Assembly: GCA_963813025.1 (NCBI GenBank)
Contig: CAWEXO010000009.1
Location: 1 to 64,000, forward strand
DNA: 64,000 nt
Reading direction: 5' to 3'
From: an uncultured Verrucomicrobiae bacterium
GTDB lineage: Bacteria > Verrucomicrobiota > Verrucomicrobiia > Chthoniobacterales > JAFAMB01
The notes below the pieces were generated by a model. The model saw nothing but the letters and a program-made list of their open reading frames with translations, made no database searches and was not told where the DNA came from. Shown here piece after piece: positions 17,688 to 28,306 of the stretch. The translations under genes were made by a program, and so were the position numbers. The stretch's first letter is position 1; each line of letters begins with the position of its first letter.

Positions 17688-19337
17688 ATGTCCCAAGACC
17701 ACTCGAGAGAGCAATTTGAAACGTTAGCTGCCGGCTATTTAGCAGGCAGAATCAGTCGGCGCCAGTTTATCGGTCAGGCAGCGAAGCTAGGAATCTCGGC
17801 GGCCTTGTTAAGCCGCATCGTGTCTTCACGAGCATACGCACAAAACAGCAATTTAGTCGAATCATCTCCGGACTTCCCGAACGAATCACCGATCACCAAA
17901 GAGCGCATCGCCTTTCTCAAGACAAAACCGTACAAAGGCAAAACCATTAACGTGATGGTGCTGAAAGCCACCGTTGGCGATGGACTCAAATACTGGGTGC
18001 CGAAATGGGAAGAGGCGACGGGCGCCAAGGTGAACGTGGCTGAGGTTCCGATTGACACGCTTCACCAGCAAATCTTCTCGGATCTCCAGACGACCCATCG
18101 ATATGACACCTATATGACTGGTGCCTGGTTTTACGGCGACTTTTTTGTGCCGAAGGAACCGTACATCATCGAGATAGCACCATTCTTGAAAGACCCGAAG
18201 TATCCTTATTGGAATCCGGATGAATGGATACCGGCGATGCGGACTCTCTATTCGTGGGAGGGAAAGGTTTACGGTGTTCTTTTCGATGGCGATTGTCAGA
18301 TCCTGTATTACCGGCGAGACATTTTAGGGAAGCCGGAGAATCAGCAAAAGTTCAAGGACAAGATGGGCTACGACCTTCCCAGCCCGCCGAAAACGACGAA
18401 AGAAATGCACGATGTTGCGAATTTCTTTACCGGCTGGGACTGGAACGGCGATGGCCAAAACGACTGGGGGATAGCGCTGCATGCCAAAGTGAATGAACAG
18501 GGATTTTTCCATTTCTTGACGTTAGCCGCTCCGTATGTCTGTTCGCCTAACAACAAATTCTTCTGGTTTCACCCAGAGACGATGAAACCTTTGATCAACT
18601 CCGAGGGTCATCTCCGGGCGCTGGAAGATTACGTGAAGTTTTTGGCGACCGGACCGAAGGAAGAAATCAGCTGGACCTTGGGGCAGGGCTGGAACTTATT
18701 CTTGGCTGGACACGCGGTGATGGAGCCGACTTGGGGCGATCTTCCGACCTTTGCCCAGGACCCGAAAGAGTCGACCGTTCGAGGGAAGGTCGGCGCCGCA
18801 ATCATTCCGGGGACTTCCGAGGCCTACGATCCGATTAAGGGCCAGTGGGACAAATTCGAATTGAACTCGGTCGGCAACGTCAATGGCGGTACGTGGCACT
18901 GCGTCATCTCGCGGTTTTCGAAAAACAAGGAAGTTACGTACGACTTCCTGGCGTTTATGGCGACCCGGAAGAATGCGTTTTTCAACTGCACCCATGGATT
19001 CACCGGTGTCCAGCCGGGGATGAGATTCGAATACTTTCCACCGGTGGGCACTGGCAGCGTCGAGGAATGGGAAGCCCAGGGATGGGATGGAGACGAGGCA
19101 AAAAGGTATCTCGCTGCTTATTACCAGAATCTCACTCTTCCCGTGCAGGAGTCCTACTTGCGGATTCCGGGCGCGCCAGAATACTGGCACGAACTCGACG
19201 TGCGCATCTCTGCGGTTCTGGCAGGGCAAACTCAGCCCAAAGCGGCACTCGATGACTGCGCGCAAGCCTGGGAGCGGATTACCGAACGGCACGGACGCGA
19301 CAAACAAAAGGCTCTGTACCTCGCTTCCTATGCCTGA
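17688..19337 (+). CDS. Carbohydrate ABC transporter substrate-binding protein (Tat signal)
   Basis: ISRRQFI twin-arginine motif; WEEATGAKVNV, DGDCQILYYRRD, LRIPGAPEY. Confidence 0.92.
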   Translation: MSQDHSREQFETLAAGYLAGRISRRQFIGQAAKLGISAALLSRIVSSRAYAQNSNLVESSPDFPNESPITKERIAFLKTKPYKGKTINVMVLKATVGDGLKYWVPKWEEATGAKVNVAEVPIDTLHQQIFSDLQTTHRYDTYMTGAWFYGDFFVPKEPYIIEIAPFLKDPKYPYWNPDEWIPAMRTLYSWEGKVYGVLFDGDCQILYYRRDILGKPENQQKFKDKMGYDLPSPPKTTKEMHDVANFFTGWDWNGDGQNDWGIALHAKVNEQGFFHFLTLAAPYVCSPNNKFFWFHPETMKPLINSEGHLRALEDYVKFLATGPKEEISWTLGQGWNLFLAGHAVMEPTWGDLPTFAQDPKESTVRGKVGAAIIPGTSEAYDPIKGQWDKFELNSVGNVNGGTWHCVISRFSKNKEVTYDFLAFMATRKNAFFNCTHGFTGVQPGMRFEYFPPVGTGSVEEWEAQGWDGDEAKRYLAAYYQNLTLPVQESYLRIPGAPEYWHELDVRISAVLAGQTQPKAALDDCAQAWERITERHGRDKQKALYLASYA

Positions 19338-19379
19338 TCAAACCCTACGGGCGATAAACCAGCGGTCTCGAATCGTTTA

Positions 19380-20264
19380 ATGGAAGCGACCGAATCAGTT
19401 CAGAGCAGGGCGGAACGGAGGTTTAAGTACGCCTTGCTCGCTCCCGCGGTCATCTGGGTTATCGCCCTGACCTTTTTTCCGATCTTTGCGGCACTCCACT
19501 ATAGCTTTGCCAATTATGTGCTTGGTGAAGGGATCACGGGCTATGTCGGATTCGCGAATTACGCCGCTCTCCTGACGGACCACGGGTTCTGGTATGCTCT
19601 TGGCATCACGGTCCTTTACGTAGGGATCACCGTACCCATTCAAGTCTGTGGTGGGTTCGTGCTCGCCTGGCTGATCACCATCGGATTGCCTGGCAGAAGT
19701 TTTTTTCGCCCAGTGTTCACTGCGCCACTCTTCACCATGGAGGTCGCAATCGGTTATTTAGGAGTGACGTTGTTCACTGACCAGGGTGGACTGGTTAGTT
19801 CTCTTTTTGGCGCCATCGGAATCCATATTCCGTGGCTGTCGACAGCTTCGGGTGGACTGGCTGCCGCGATGATACTGGATATCTGGATCTGGACTCCGTT
19901 CGTGTTCTTGATGTCTTTAGCGACCTTGGCCGCTATTCCCAATGACATTTACGACGCCGCGATGATCGAAGCATCCAGTCATTGGCAGGTGTTTCGCCAT
20001 GTCGCCATTCCGTTAGCCTGGCCGGTTTTGACTATTGCGATTCTCTCTCGCGTAATCGAGGGGATGAAATCTTTTGGACTGCCCTTTGCGCTCACCAGCG
20101 GCGGTCCCGGGACGAGTACCCAACTCTTTAGTATCATGGCTTACTTGACGACCATTCAGTTTACCGACTTTGGCCGGGGTTCTGCGATGGGGATACTTTA
20201 TCTAATTCTGGTATCCGTTGTGATTGCCCATTTCTTCAAGCAGATGCGGAAACGTATCGAATAG
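19380..20264 (+). CDS. Carbohydrate ABC transporter permease
   Basis: WIWTPFVFL, IYDAAMIEA (EAA-like loop), TSGGPGTST. Confidence 0.93.
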   Translation: MEATESVQSRAERRFKYALLAPAVIWVIALTFFPIFAALHYSFANYVLGEGITGYVGFANYAALLTDHGFWYALGITVLYVGITVPIQVCGGFVLAWLITIGLPGRSFFRPVFTAPLFTMEVAIGYLGVTLFTDQGGLVSSLFGAIGIHIPWLSTASGGLAAAMILDIWIWTPFVFLMSLATLAAIPNDIYDAAMIEASSHWQVFRHVAIPLAWPVLTIAILSRVIEGMKSFGLPFALTSGGPGTSTQLFSIMAYLTTIQFTDFGRGSAMGILYLILVSVVIAHFFKQMRKRIE

Positions 20265-20293
20265 AACATCGGAACTATTTGGCGCTGACCTGC

Positions 20294-21148
20294 ATGGAAA
20301 ATCAGATTTGGATCAATTCTAAGCCCGCCTCCCGACTTCTGATGATGGTGATCGCCTGCTTGGCGGTGATTTGGGTCGCAGCACCCTTTCTTTGGGCGAT
20401 CGACAATTCTCTAAAGTCCCAAGCCGAGACGTTCCAGGCCGGAGCATTCATTCCATTTCTCCAGTTTAGACCGACTCTTGACGCCTGGAGGGGGGTTCTG
20501 GGCGACCCGCAGGCGCTCAACTGCCTTTTCAGCAGCGGGTTGGTTGGCCTCGGAACGACGCTCTTGGTTTTGCTGATCGGAACGCCCGCTGCCTACGCCC
20601 TTGCTCGGTTTGAGTTTAAAATGAAGAGCAAGGATATCACTCTCTGGTTCTTGTCCCAACGCGTGTTGCCGCCAGTGGTGGTGCTGACTCCATTTTACAT
20701 TCTGCTTGCTCGGGTCGGTCTGATCGACACCTGGACCGGGCTCATCCTTCTTTACTCCACGTTTAACCTCGCCTTCTGTGTCGTGATTATGCGGGATATT
20801 TTCCGCGATGCCAGCAAGGAGGTCGAAGAGGCTGCAAGGCTCGAGGGTGCTTCCCTATGGCAAATTTTTTGGATGGTTGCCCTACCGCTCTCGTTGGATG
20901 GATTGATCGTGACGGCTTTCATCGTTTTCGCGTTTTGTTGGAACGAGGCACTGTTTGCTTCCGCCATCACTTCCCAGCATGCCTCTACCATGCCGGCGTT
21001 CATTTTGGCTTCGCGCAGCACCAGGGGCGTTGATTTTAATTTCGCGGCGGTGAATACAATTCTGGCCATTGCGCCGCCGGTGCTGCTGTCCTTCTTCGTG
21101 CAACGATACCTTGCGCGCGGTCTCTCGTTCGGAGCAGTGAAAGGCTGA
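20294..21148 (+). CDS. Carbohydrate ABC transporter permease
   Basis: EVEEAARLEGAS, FCWNE, QRYLARGLSFGAVKG; alternative start at 20279. Confidence 0.93.
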   Translation: MENQIWINSKPASRLLMMVIACLAVIWVAAPFLWAIDNSLKSQAETFQAGAFIPFLQFRPTLDAWRGVLGDPQALNCLFSSGLVGLGTTLLVLLIGTPAAYALARFEFKMKSKDITLWFLSQRVLPPVVVLTPFYILLARVGLIDTWTGLILLYSTFNLAFCVVIMRDIFRDASKEVEEAARLEGASLWQIFWMVALPLSLDGLIVTAFIVFAFCWNEALFASAITSQHASTMPAFILASRSTRGVDFNFAAVNTILAIAPPVLLSFFVQRYLARGLSFGAVKG

Positions 21149-21183
21149 CCGCAAATTAAATCAGCAATCGCAGTGTAGCAGTC

Positions 21184-22284
21184 GTGGCTATAGTCCAATT
21201 ATCGAATGTGACAAAGAGGTACGGCGATGTCGTTGCCGTCGAGGATTTCAATCTCACGACCGGCGAAGGTGAGTTTGTCGTTCTGGTCGGCCCGTCCGGA
21301 TGCGGAAAGACCACAACGATGCGCATGATCGCTGGCCTGGATACTGTCACCGGCGGTGAGATCACAATTGGCGGGAAAAACGTGATCGGCATGATCCCGC
21401 GGGAACGCGACGTGGCCATGGTCTTTCAGAACTATGCTTTGTTTCCGCATCTGAACGTGTACGATAACCTGTCCTTTGGGTTGCGGCTTCGGAAAACCCC
21501 GAAAGAACGCGCTTCCCAACAGGTTCATTCAGCGGCGAAGATTCTGGGAATTGAACATTTGCTCGAGCGTAAGCCCAAGGAATTATCTGGAGGCGAACGT
21601 CAGCGGGTGGCGCTCGGGCGTGCAATCGTGAGAGAACCAAAGGTTTTTCTGATGGACGAACCGCTTTCGAATATCGATGCCAAGCTGCGCGTCGAGATGA
21701 GGGCTGAGATCATAAAGCTGCAACGTCGGCTCGCGGTGACCACGTTTTACGTCACGCATGACCAGGTTGAAGCCTTGAGTATGGGCGACAGGATCGTGGT
21801 GATGTCCAAAGGAATTGTCCAGCAGGTCGGAACCCCGAAGGAGTTGTACAATGCGCCGACTAACCGCTACGTCGCCGGCTTTATTGGCAGTCCTTCGATG
21901 AATTTTCTGCGGGGTCGGATTGCCGAAGATGGAACGATTTCAGCGGGAGAGAACGTCCATTTGCTGCCGCCAAAAAATCGTACGGCGGCAGCCCTGGAAA
22001 GGGGACTTAAAGAAGTGTGGGTGGGAATTCGTCCCGAACATCTGGAAATTGAAAGATCAGCAAGTAAGGAAACGAAAAACGTCATTCACGGCACCGTTGG
22101 GGTGGTAGAACCCCAAGGAGCGACTTCGCTTCTCCAGGTCGAGGTTGGCGACGGGCAACGCATCATTGCTCAGATCAGCGAACAATGGAGTGGACGCGAA
22201 GCCGGTGAAAAGCTTTCGCTGACGGTGGCGAGTGAGCTGATCCATCTTTTCAACCCCGATACGGACAACAGTTTGAGCGGATAG
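21184..22284 (+). CDS. Sugar ABC transporter ATP-binding protein (MalK/UgpC family)
   Basis: GPSGCGKT, VFQNYAL, LSGGERQR, DEPLSN, FIGSPSMN, GIRPEH. Confidence 0.96.
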   Translation: MAIVQLSNVTKRYGDVVAVEDFNLTTGEGEFVVLVGPSGCGKTTTMRMIAGLDTVTGGEITIGGKNVIGMIPRERDVAMVFQNYALFPHLNVYDNLSFGLRLRKTPKERASQQVHSAAKILGIEHLLERKPKELSGGERQRVALGRAIVREPKVFLMDEPLSNIDAKLRVEMRAEIIKLQRRLAVTTFYVTHDQVEALSMGDRIVVMSKGIVQQVGTPKELYNAPTNRYVAGFIGSPSMNFLRGRIAEDGTISAGENVHLLPPKNRTAAALERGLKEVWVGIRPEHLEIERSASKETKNVIHGTVGVVEPQGATSLLQVEVGDGQRIIAQISEQWSGREAGEKLSLTVASELIHLFNPDTDNSLSG

Positions 22285-22375
22285 GGAATGCGCCGCGAAC
22301 AAGAGGTCACGCGCAGCGGAGCTCGAGACGCGCCAGGGATTCGCCGGAGATATTGAGGATGCCCCGCTGCAATAA

Positions 22376-24038
22376 CTAGACCGCTGCGGGGGCCGGCACG
22401 CGGTTTCGCAGCTCATCCACCAGTACCCGCTCATTTTCCGAGTAATCCACCGGCACCGTGACGAGATATACGCCTCCCGCTTTGAACCCGCTTTCCAGCG
22501 CCGGCACCAGCCCATCAGCGGTATCTACGCGCGACGCCTTTCGCGCCGTAGGACGCCGCATACCTGACGAAATCCGGGTTGCCGAAGGTCAGTCCCCAAT
22601 CGGGAAACTTATCCACTGCCTGCTTCCAGCGAATCATGCCGTAGGCGTTGTCCTGGATGACGAGCACCACCAAGTTCAAACGCAGGCGCACCGCCGTTTC
22701 CAACTCCTGGGAGTTCATCATGAAGCCGCCATCGCCGCAAACGGCCAGCACCCGCCTTTCGGGATAGAGCATCGAAGCCATCATCGCCGAGGGCAGACCC
22801 GGCACCCATGGTCGCCAGAGCGTTGTCGAGCAACAGCGTGTTCGCCACCCGCGTGCGGTAGTTGCGCGCGAACCAGATCTTGTACATGCCATTGTCCAGG
22901 CAGACAATACCGTCTTCCGGCATGACTTCGCGAACGTCGTGGACAATGCGCTGCGGTGTCAGGGGGAAACGGCTCTCGGTGGCCCGGTCGGCCAGGTGCG
23001 CGAGGATCTCCTCGCGAAGTGGCAAAAGAGCTGAGGCATTCTTCAGCTTACCCTCCAACCGCTCGGCCAGCAGCGCCAGACTCAGTCCGACATCGCCCAC
23101 CACCTCGGCTTGTGGCGAAGAAGACCTCCTCCACCGTCGCGGGGACATAGCCGATATGGATCACCTTAGGTCCGCCAGGTCCCATAATGAAGGGAGGCTT
23201 CTCGACCGTGTCATGCCCGATCGAGAGAATCAAGTCGGCACTGGTCGATCGCCCTGTGCACATAGTCACGCTCGGAGAGCGCCGCCGTTCCCATGTAAAG
23301 GTTCGATCCCCCGGCCACTGCGCCCTTGCCCATCTGGGTATTGAAAAACGGAATCCCCACGCTGCGGACGAAGTCTGACAGCGCATCTGCCAGCCGCGGC
23401 CGGCTCGCCGCCGCTCCCAACATGATCAGCGGCCGCTCGGCATCCAGGATCATCGCCGCCGCACGGTCCAACGCCGCCGGATTTGCCACGGGAATGTCGA
23501 TCGGATGCGGCGGCACCGGCCGCAGGTCCAGTGCCTCTTCTTCCGTTGCGATGTCCTCCGGCAGCTCGAGGTGTACAGGCCCCGGCCGCTCCTGCTCGCG
23601 CCACCCTGAAAGCTTCGCGTACGACCGATCGGGATCGTCGTTGTGCTGACAATCTGGCGCGCCATTTTTGTCAAGCGGCGTCATGCTTGAGACCACGTCC
23701 ACGATCTGGAACCGGCCCTGTTTGCGGCTGAGGATCCCTTTCTGCCCAGTGATCAGTATCATCGGCATCGCGCCGAGAAGCGCATAGGCAGCACCGGTAG
23801 AAAAGTTCAACGCTCCCGGTCCGAGCGTGCTCAGACACACGCCGGGTTTACCGGTCAGGCGTCCGTAAGTCGCTGCCATGAACGCTGCTGCCTGCTCGTG
23901 TCGCGTCACAACGAATTCGATCTTCGAGCTGCGGAGCGACTCCAGGATGTCCAGATTTTCTTCTCCAGGAACGCCAAAGATTCGCTCGACCCCTTCGTTC
24001 TGGAGGGCCGCCACAAGCAGGTCAGATGCCTTATTCAT
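22376..24038 (-). pseudogene. Acetolactate synthase-like ThDP enzyme with about 7 frameshifts
   Basis: GVPGEEN, RHEQAAAFMA, STLGPGA, LDNGMYKIWFARN, GDGGFMMNSQE and GMIRWKQ are spread over successive frames; could be decay or uncorrected indels. Confidence 0.9.
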
Positions 24039-24544
24039 TGGGAATCTCACAGGCTAGCGCCTGAAGCCTCGTCTGCCTAGACTTCACGCTTTGTCGTGGC
24101 CCCAATCGACTCTTCGCCCAAAGTGGGAAAAAAGGTGGTAATTAACATCGAGTATTTGTTAGTTACAGTGCGTTAGTTTTACTACCCTCAAAGGCCTTGA
24201 TCCAGCGCTGGTTTGGCCAGCTGAAATGCCCGGATCCACAAACGCCAATCTGCAGTAACCTTCGGGTTGAAAGCCGAGAAGACTCAAACATATGCAACCT
24301 CCAAACCAAGCCAGACCGGTTAACCTTCCGGGAGACCAAAGGACGGACCCCGAGCAAATGGGCTAGATCGCGACCACCGAGATAGACCGAACAGCCGCGA
24401 CAGCAAATATGCCGGCCAGTCCAATCACCTGGATTTCGCCACTTTAACCGTTTTCCGAGGCACGCGAGCGGGGTTGGATTTACTTCCCTGGATAATCGGC
24501 CGGCAGTTCACTCCCGACGTCCAGGTGACGGCGACTGCCCAGGT

Positions 24545-24583
24545 ATTTGTGGCAACTTTTTGATTTGCCGCATCTGTGGCATT
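24545..24583 (+). repeat. TGTGGCATT-type short repeat upstream of recG
   Basis: ATTTGTGGCAACTTTTTGATTTGCCGCATCTGTGGCATT, similar to the copies at 56706-56840. Confidence 0.6.
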
Positions 24584-24594
24584 CTCCTTGAGTC

Positions 24595-26637
24595 ATGATT
24601 CCGCTGGAAACGCCACTCTCGGACCTGGACTGGGTCGGCCTGAACCGGGCCAGGCTGCTCGGGCGGTTGCACGTCGTGACTTGGCGCGACTTGCTCGAGC
24701 ATTATCCGCGGCGGTACGAGGATCGCACTCAGTTCGAGCAGTTCCCCAGCGGCGGAATGGATCGGGCGGTGTGTCTTCGGGGCATCGTGCAACGGGTCTC
24801 CGCCCGGTACTTCGGACGTAGACGGATTATCGAGGTCACGGTGGCCGATTATTCCGCGGGGGCATTAAGCTCCCGGCTGGTCTGTCGTTGGTTCAACCAA
24901 TTTTATGTTCAAAAGCTGCTGGCCGAAGGACAGGAGATCATCGTTTACGGCCGTCCGAAAGAGAGCAAAAACCGGGTCTACATGGACCACCCGGAGTTTG
25001 AAGTTATCGATCAGGAGGAGACTGCTGGAATTCACATGGACCGGATCGTGCCGGTCTACCCTCTGGCGGAAGGCATCCGCCAACGCGCTCTCCGCGAACT
25101 CGTCTTTACGGCGCTCGAGCGACTGAGAGTGGTGCCAGATGGACCGCTGTTGTCGGCCGGTCCCCCTGGTTTCTCGCGGCAGGCGATTCAACAAATTCAT
25201 TTTCCAAGTGATTGGGCGCATCTGGAGCAAGCTCGGCAAAGTCTCGCCCTGGCTGAACTGGTGCGGATGCAGGTAGTCATTGAACATCGTCGGCGGACCG
25301 TTCAATCCTTGCCGGGCGAGGCGCATGTCCAGGGAGAAGAGCTCTGCGCCAGATTTCTCGCCAGTCTGCCTTTTCGACCGACCGCGGCACAAACCCGAAC
25401 TATCCGCGAGGTTCGGGAGGACATGGCGCTTGATCGTCCGATGAACCGGTTATTACAAGGCGACGTAGGTTCAGGAAAGACGTTGGTGGCGGTCGCGGCG
25501 ATGTGTTTGGCCAAGGAAGCGGGCTACCAGTCGGCGTTCCTCGCACCCACCCAAGTTCTAGCCGAACAGCATTATCAAACTCTGCAGCGCTGGCTTAAAC
25601 CGATCGGAGTGCGCCTGGTGCTCCGAACCGGCGCGCGCCAGCAAGCGAGTTTTCTTGAGCTGGAGGGCGACGCCGATGTCCTGGTCGGCACGCACGCGTT
25701 GCTTTACGGAGACTTCTTCGACCGGCTCGGACTCGTCGTGATCGACGAACAGCACAAATTTGGGGTGATGCAGCGCGCGACACTGCTGGCCCGCTTCCCC
25801 GTTCCGGATCTCCTGGTAATGACCGCGACACCAATCCCGCGCACGCTGGCGATGACTGTGTACGGAGATCTGGACGTGTCCGTCCTGGACGAAAAACCGG
25901 CGAATCGCCGACCCGTGATCACGCGTTTGCGTTCCGCGGCAAAAGTCGCGGAGGCAGGGGCATTTATCCGAGAACGATTAGCTGCTGGGCGCCAGGCGTA
26001 CATTGTTTATCCGGTGATTGAAGAGTCCGAGAGCCTCGCCGTCAAGGCAGCCACCGCCGAATTTGGTCGCTGGCAAGAACTGCTCGCGCCGGCGGTATGC
26101 GGGCTGATGCACGGCCGTCTGAGCTCGGAGGCGAAAGAGCAGGTAATGCGCGACTTTCGCGAGAAACGGCTTGCGGCGTTGGTATCAACCAGCGTGATCG
26201 AAGTTGGAGTGGACGTGCCGAACGCCACCGTCATGCTGATCGAGAACGCCGAACGATTCGGGCTGGCCCAGTTGCATCAACTTCGGGGAAGGATCGGGCG
26301 CAGCAAGTATCAGGGCTATTGTATTCTGCTGACCGACACGCAGGAGCCTGATGCGTTGGAAAAACTGAGCGTTCTCGAGGAAAGTGACGACGGGTTTGTC
26401 ATTGCTGAAGCTGATCTCCGGCTGCGCGGCCCGGGCGATCTGATAGGCACGGAGCAGAGCGGATTGCCTCCGCTCCGATTGGCCGATCTGGTTCGAGACA
26501 GCGATCTGGTCGTGCGCTCCAAGGTGATCGCGCGAGCGATTCTCGATGCTGATCCTGAGCTGCTGAACCCGGCAAATGCGTCTTTCAGCCGAGCAGTGGT
26601 GGAGTCAAAAAAAAGTGGAACAACCTTGTCAGGTTGA
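24595..26637 (+). CDS. recG: ATP-dependent DNA helicase RecG
   Basis: HYPRRYEDR, MNRLLQGDVGSGKT, DEQHKFG, TATPIPR, AERFGLAQLHQLRGR, DLRLRGPG. Confidence 0.98.
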   Translation: MIPLETPLSDLDWVGLNRARLLGRLHVVTWRDLLEHYPRRYEDRTQFEQFPSGGMDRAVCLRGIVQRVSARYFGRRRIIEVTVADYSAGALSSRLVCRWFNQFYVQKLLAEGQEIIVYGRPKESKNRVYMDHPEFEVIDQEETAGIHMDRIVPVYPLAEGIRQRALRELVFTALERLRVVPDGPLLSAGPPGFSRQAIQQIHFPSDWAHLEQARQSLALAELVRMQVVIEHRRRTVQSLPGEAHVQGEELCARFLASLPFRPTAAQTRTIREVREDMALDRPMNRLLQGDVGSGKTLVAVAAMCLAKEAGYQSAFLAPTQVLAEQHYQTLQRWLKPIGVRLVLRTGARQQASFLELEGDADVLVGTHALLYGDFFDRLGLVVIDEQHKFGVMQRATLLARFPVPDLLVMTATPIPRTLAMTVYGDLDVSVLDEKPANRRPVITRLRSAAKVAEAGAFIRERLAAGRQAYIVYPVIEESESLAVKAATAEFGRWQELLAPAVCGLMHGRLSSEAKEQVMRDFREKRLAALVSTSVIEVGVDVPNATVMLIENAERFGLAQLHQLRGRIGRSKYQGYCILLTDTQEPDALEKLSVLEESDDGFVIAEADLRLRGPGDLIGTEQSGLPPLRLADLVRDSDLVVRSKVIARAILDADPELLNPANASFSRAVVESKKSGTTLSG

Positions 26638-26675
26638 GGTTAAGATTAAGGTCGGGGGGACCGGGCACCTCGCGC

Positions 26676-28154
26676 ATGAAAAGCTTTCTGAAATTTTTGA
26701 TTTTTGTTCTGTGTTTGGCGTTAGCCATTTCGCTTATTTACGTCTGGCAAGCGCGACAACTAGGAGAGCCGCGAGTCAAAGCAGAGCATTTTACGCCGGC
26801 CCAGAAGCCGGTCCTGGATCTGGGTGATGGCAGTATCTTGGAGCGGCTGAACCAGGAGTACACCAAACTGACCAACGCGGTTGTGCCCAGCGTGGTTAGT
26901 ATCACGACAACGAAAACATTGTCTCAACGGCGGCCGGTCGATCCCTTGGAATTATTTTTCGGTCGCCGCTTCGGCGACCGTGCCGAGCAGAAGGTGACCT
27001 CGCTGGGTTCCGGAGTCATCGTTTCCAAAGAAGGCCATATAGTGACCAACAATCATGTCGTTGAAGATACCCAGGACATCACGGTGCAGCTCAACGACGG
27101 GCGCGAGGCGAAAGCCAAAGTCGTCGGGACCGATGCGCAGATCGACCTGGCCGTTCTCAAGATTGATCTGCCCCGGCTGGTTCCCTTGCCAATTGGTGAT
27201 TCCGATCAGGTGAAGGTCGGACAAGTGGTTTTTGCGATTGGTAATCCGTTCGGTCTGGAAGAATCCGTCAGCCAGGGGATAATCAGCGCCAAAGATCGGC
27301 GAGCGATGACCGATAGCTCGGTGGAATTTTTCCAAACCGATACCGCGATTAACCCCGGCAACTCGGGCGGTCCACTGGTCAATATCAAAGGCGAGGTGGT
27401 CGGGATTAATTCGGCGATCTACTCGGAGTCAGGCGGCAATCAAGGGGTTGGGTTTGCGATCCCGTCAAACCTGGTCAAACAAGCGCTTAGCAGCATTATC
27501 CAGAAGGGCCGGGTGATCCGGGGCTATCTTGGCGTCAGTATCCAGGCCGTGAGCAAGGATATTGCCCAGCAATTCAAGTTGGAGAGTCCACGAGGTGCTC
27601 TGGTAACGGACGTTGCGCCAGGTTCGCCCGCCGAGAAGGCTGGGATCATTCGCGGCGACGTGATCCGTAAGGTCGACAGTTATGAAGTGCGCGACCCGGC
27701 AGCCCTGGCCAGCCGCGTCGCTGAAGCCGATGTCGGATCAAGCGTGACGCTCGAAATCGTCCGCGACGGTCAACCGAAAACCGTTTCCGCAACCGTTATC
27801 GAACAGCCTGCCGACATGATCGCCCGGCTTGGTCGCAGCCAGGGACAGGTCCCGGGAGGCGGGTCCAGCGCCACCTTCGCGGGTCTGGAAGTACAGGACC
27901 TGACGTCGCGGGCGCGTCAGCAGGCCAATCTGCCGGAGAATCTGCAAGGCGTTATCGTGACGCGGGTCGACCCGGCCTCAGCCGCCGCTGATCAGATCCG
28001 GCCTGGCGATATCATCGAGGAAGTGAACCGGCACCGCGTCACCGGCGTACAGGAATTTCAAAACGTCGTTGGGCAACTGGATCCTGATCAACCGATTGTT
28101 GTGGGAATCGCGCGGAACAGGCAACGTTCGTTTGTGGTTATCCAGCCCGGGTGA
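26676..28154 (+). CDS. HtrA/DegP/DegQ serine protease with two PDZ domains
   Basis: GSGVIV, TNNHV, DLAV, QTDTAINPGNSGGPL; N-terminal TM. Confidence 0.96.
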   Translation: MKSFLKFLIFVLCLALAISLIYVWQARQLGEPRVKAEHFTPAQKPVLDLGDGSILERLNQEYTKLTNAVVPSVVSITTTKTLSQRRPVDPLELFFGRRFGDRAEQKVTSLGSGVIVSKEGHIVTNNHVVEDTQDITVQLNDGREAKAKVVGTDAQIDLAVLKIDLPRLVPLPIGDSDQVKVGQVVFAIGNPFGLEESVSQGIISAKDRRAMTDSSVEFFQTDTAINPGNSGGPLVNIKGEVVGINSAIYSESGGNQGVGFAIPSNLVKQALSSIIQKGRVIRGYLGVSIQAVSKDIAQQFKLESPRGALVTDVAPGSPAEKAGIIRGDVIRKVDSYEVRDPAALASRVAEADVGSSVTLEIVRDGQPKTVSATVIEQPADMIARLGRSQGQVPGGGSSATFAGLEVQDLTSRARQQANLPENLQGVIVTRVDPASAAADQIRPGDIIEEVNRHRVTGVQEFQNVVGQLDPDQPIVVGIARNRQRSFVVIQPG

Positions 28155-28159
28155 TGGAG

Positions 28160-28300
28160 GCCAGTGCCGGTGTCAGTGCCAGTGCCTGGTGCGTGGCCGC
28201 GGGGGCTTTGGCAAACACCTCTGGAAACAGATGCTATCTTGCGCTAGCAACTCACACGAGCACTGACACTGACACTAGCACTGACACTGACACTGACACT
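28160..28300. repeat. Inverted pair of hexamer tracts (CAGTGY)n ... (CACTGA)n
   Basis: GCCAGTGCCGGTGTCAGTGCCAGTGCC at 28160-28186 and GCACTGACACTGACACTAGCACTGACACTGACACTGACACT at 28260-28300. Confidence 0.85.
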
Positions 28301-28306
28301 CAAAGT

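Noticed and set aside
24050..24540. Riboswitch or ncRNA in the ALS-recG gap
   Set aside because: Short hairpins only; no conserved aptamer core recognised by eye. An Rfam scan would settle it.
28151..28306. Thr/Asp-repeat N-terminal extension (also TGTGTG before argH, WHLWHF before the helicase, LVLVLV before miaB)
   Set aside because: These are translations of intergenic repeats; family-like sequence begins at downstream ATGs.
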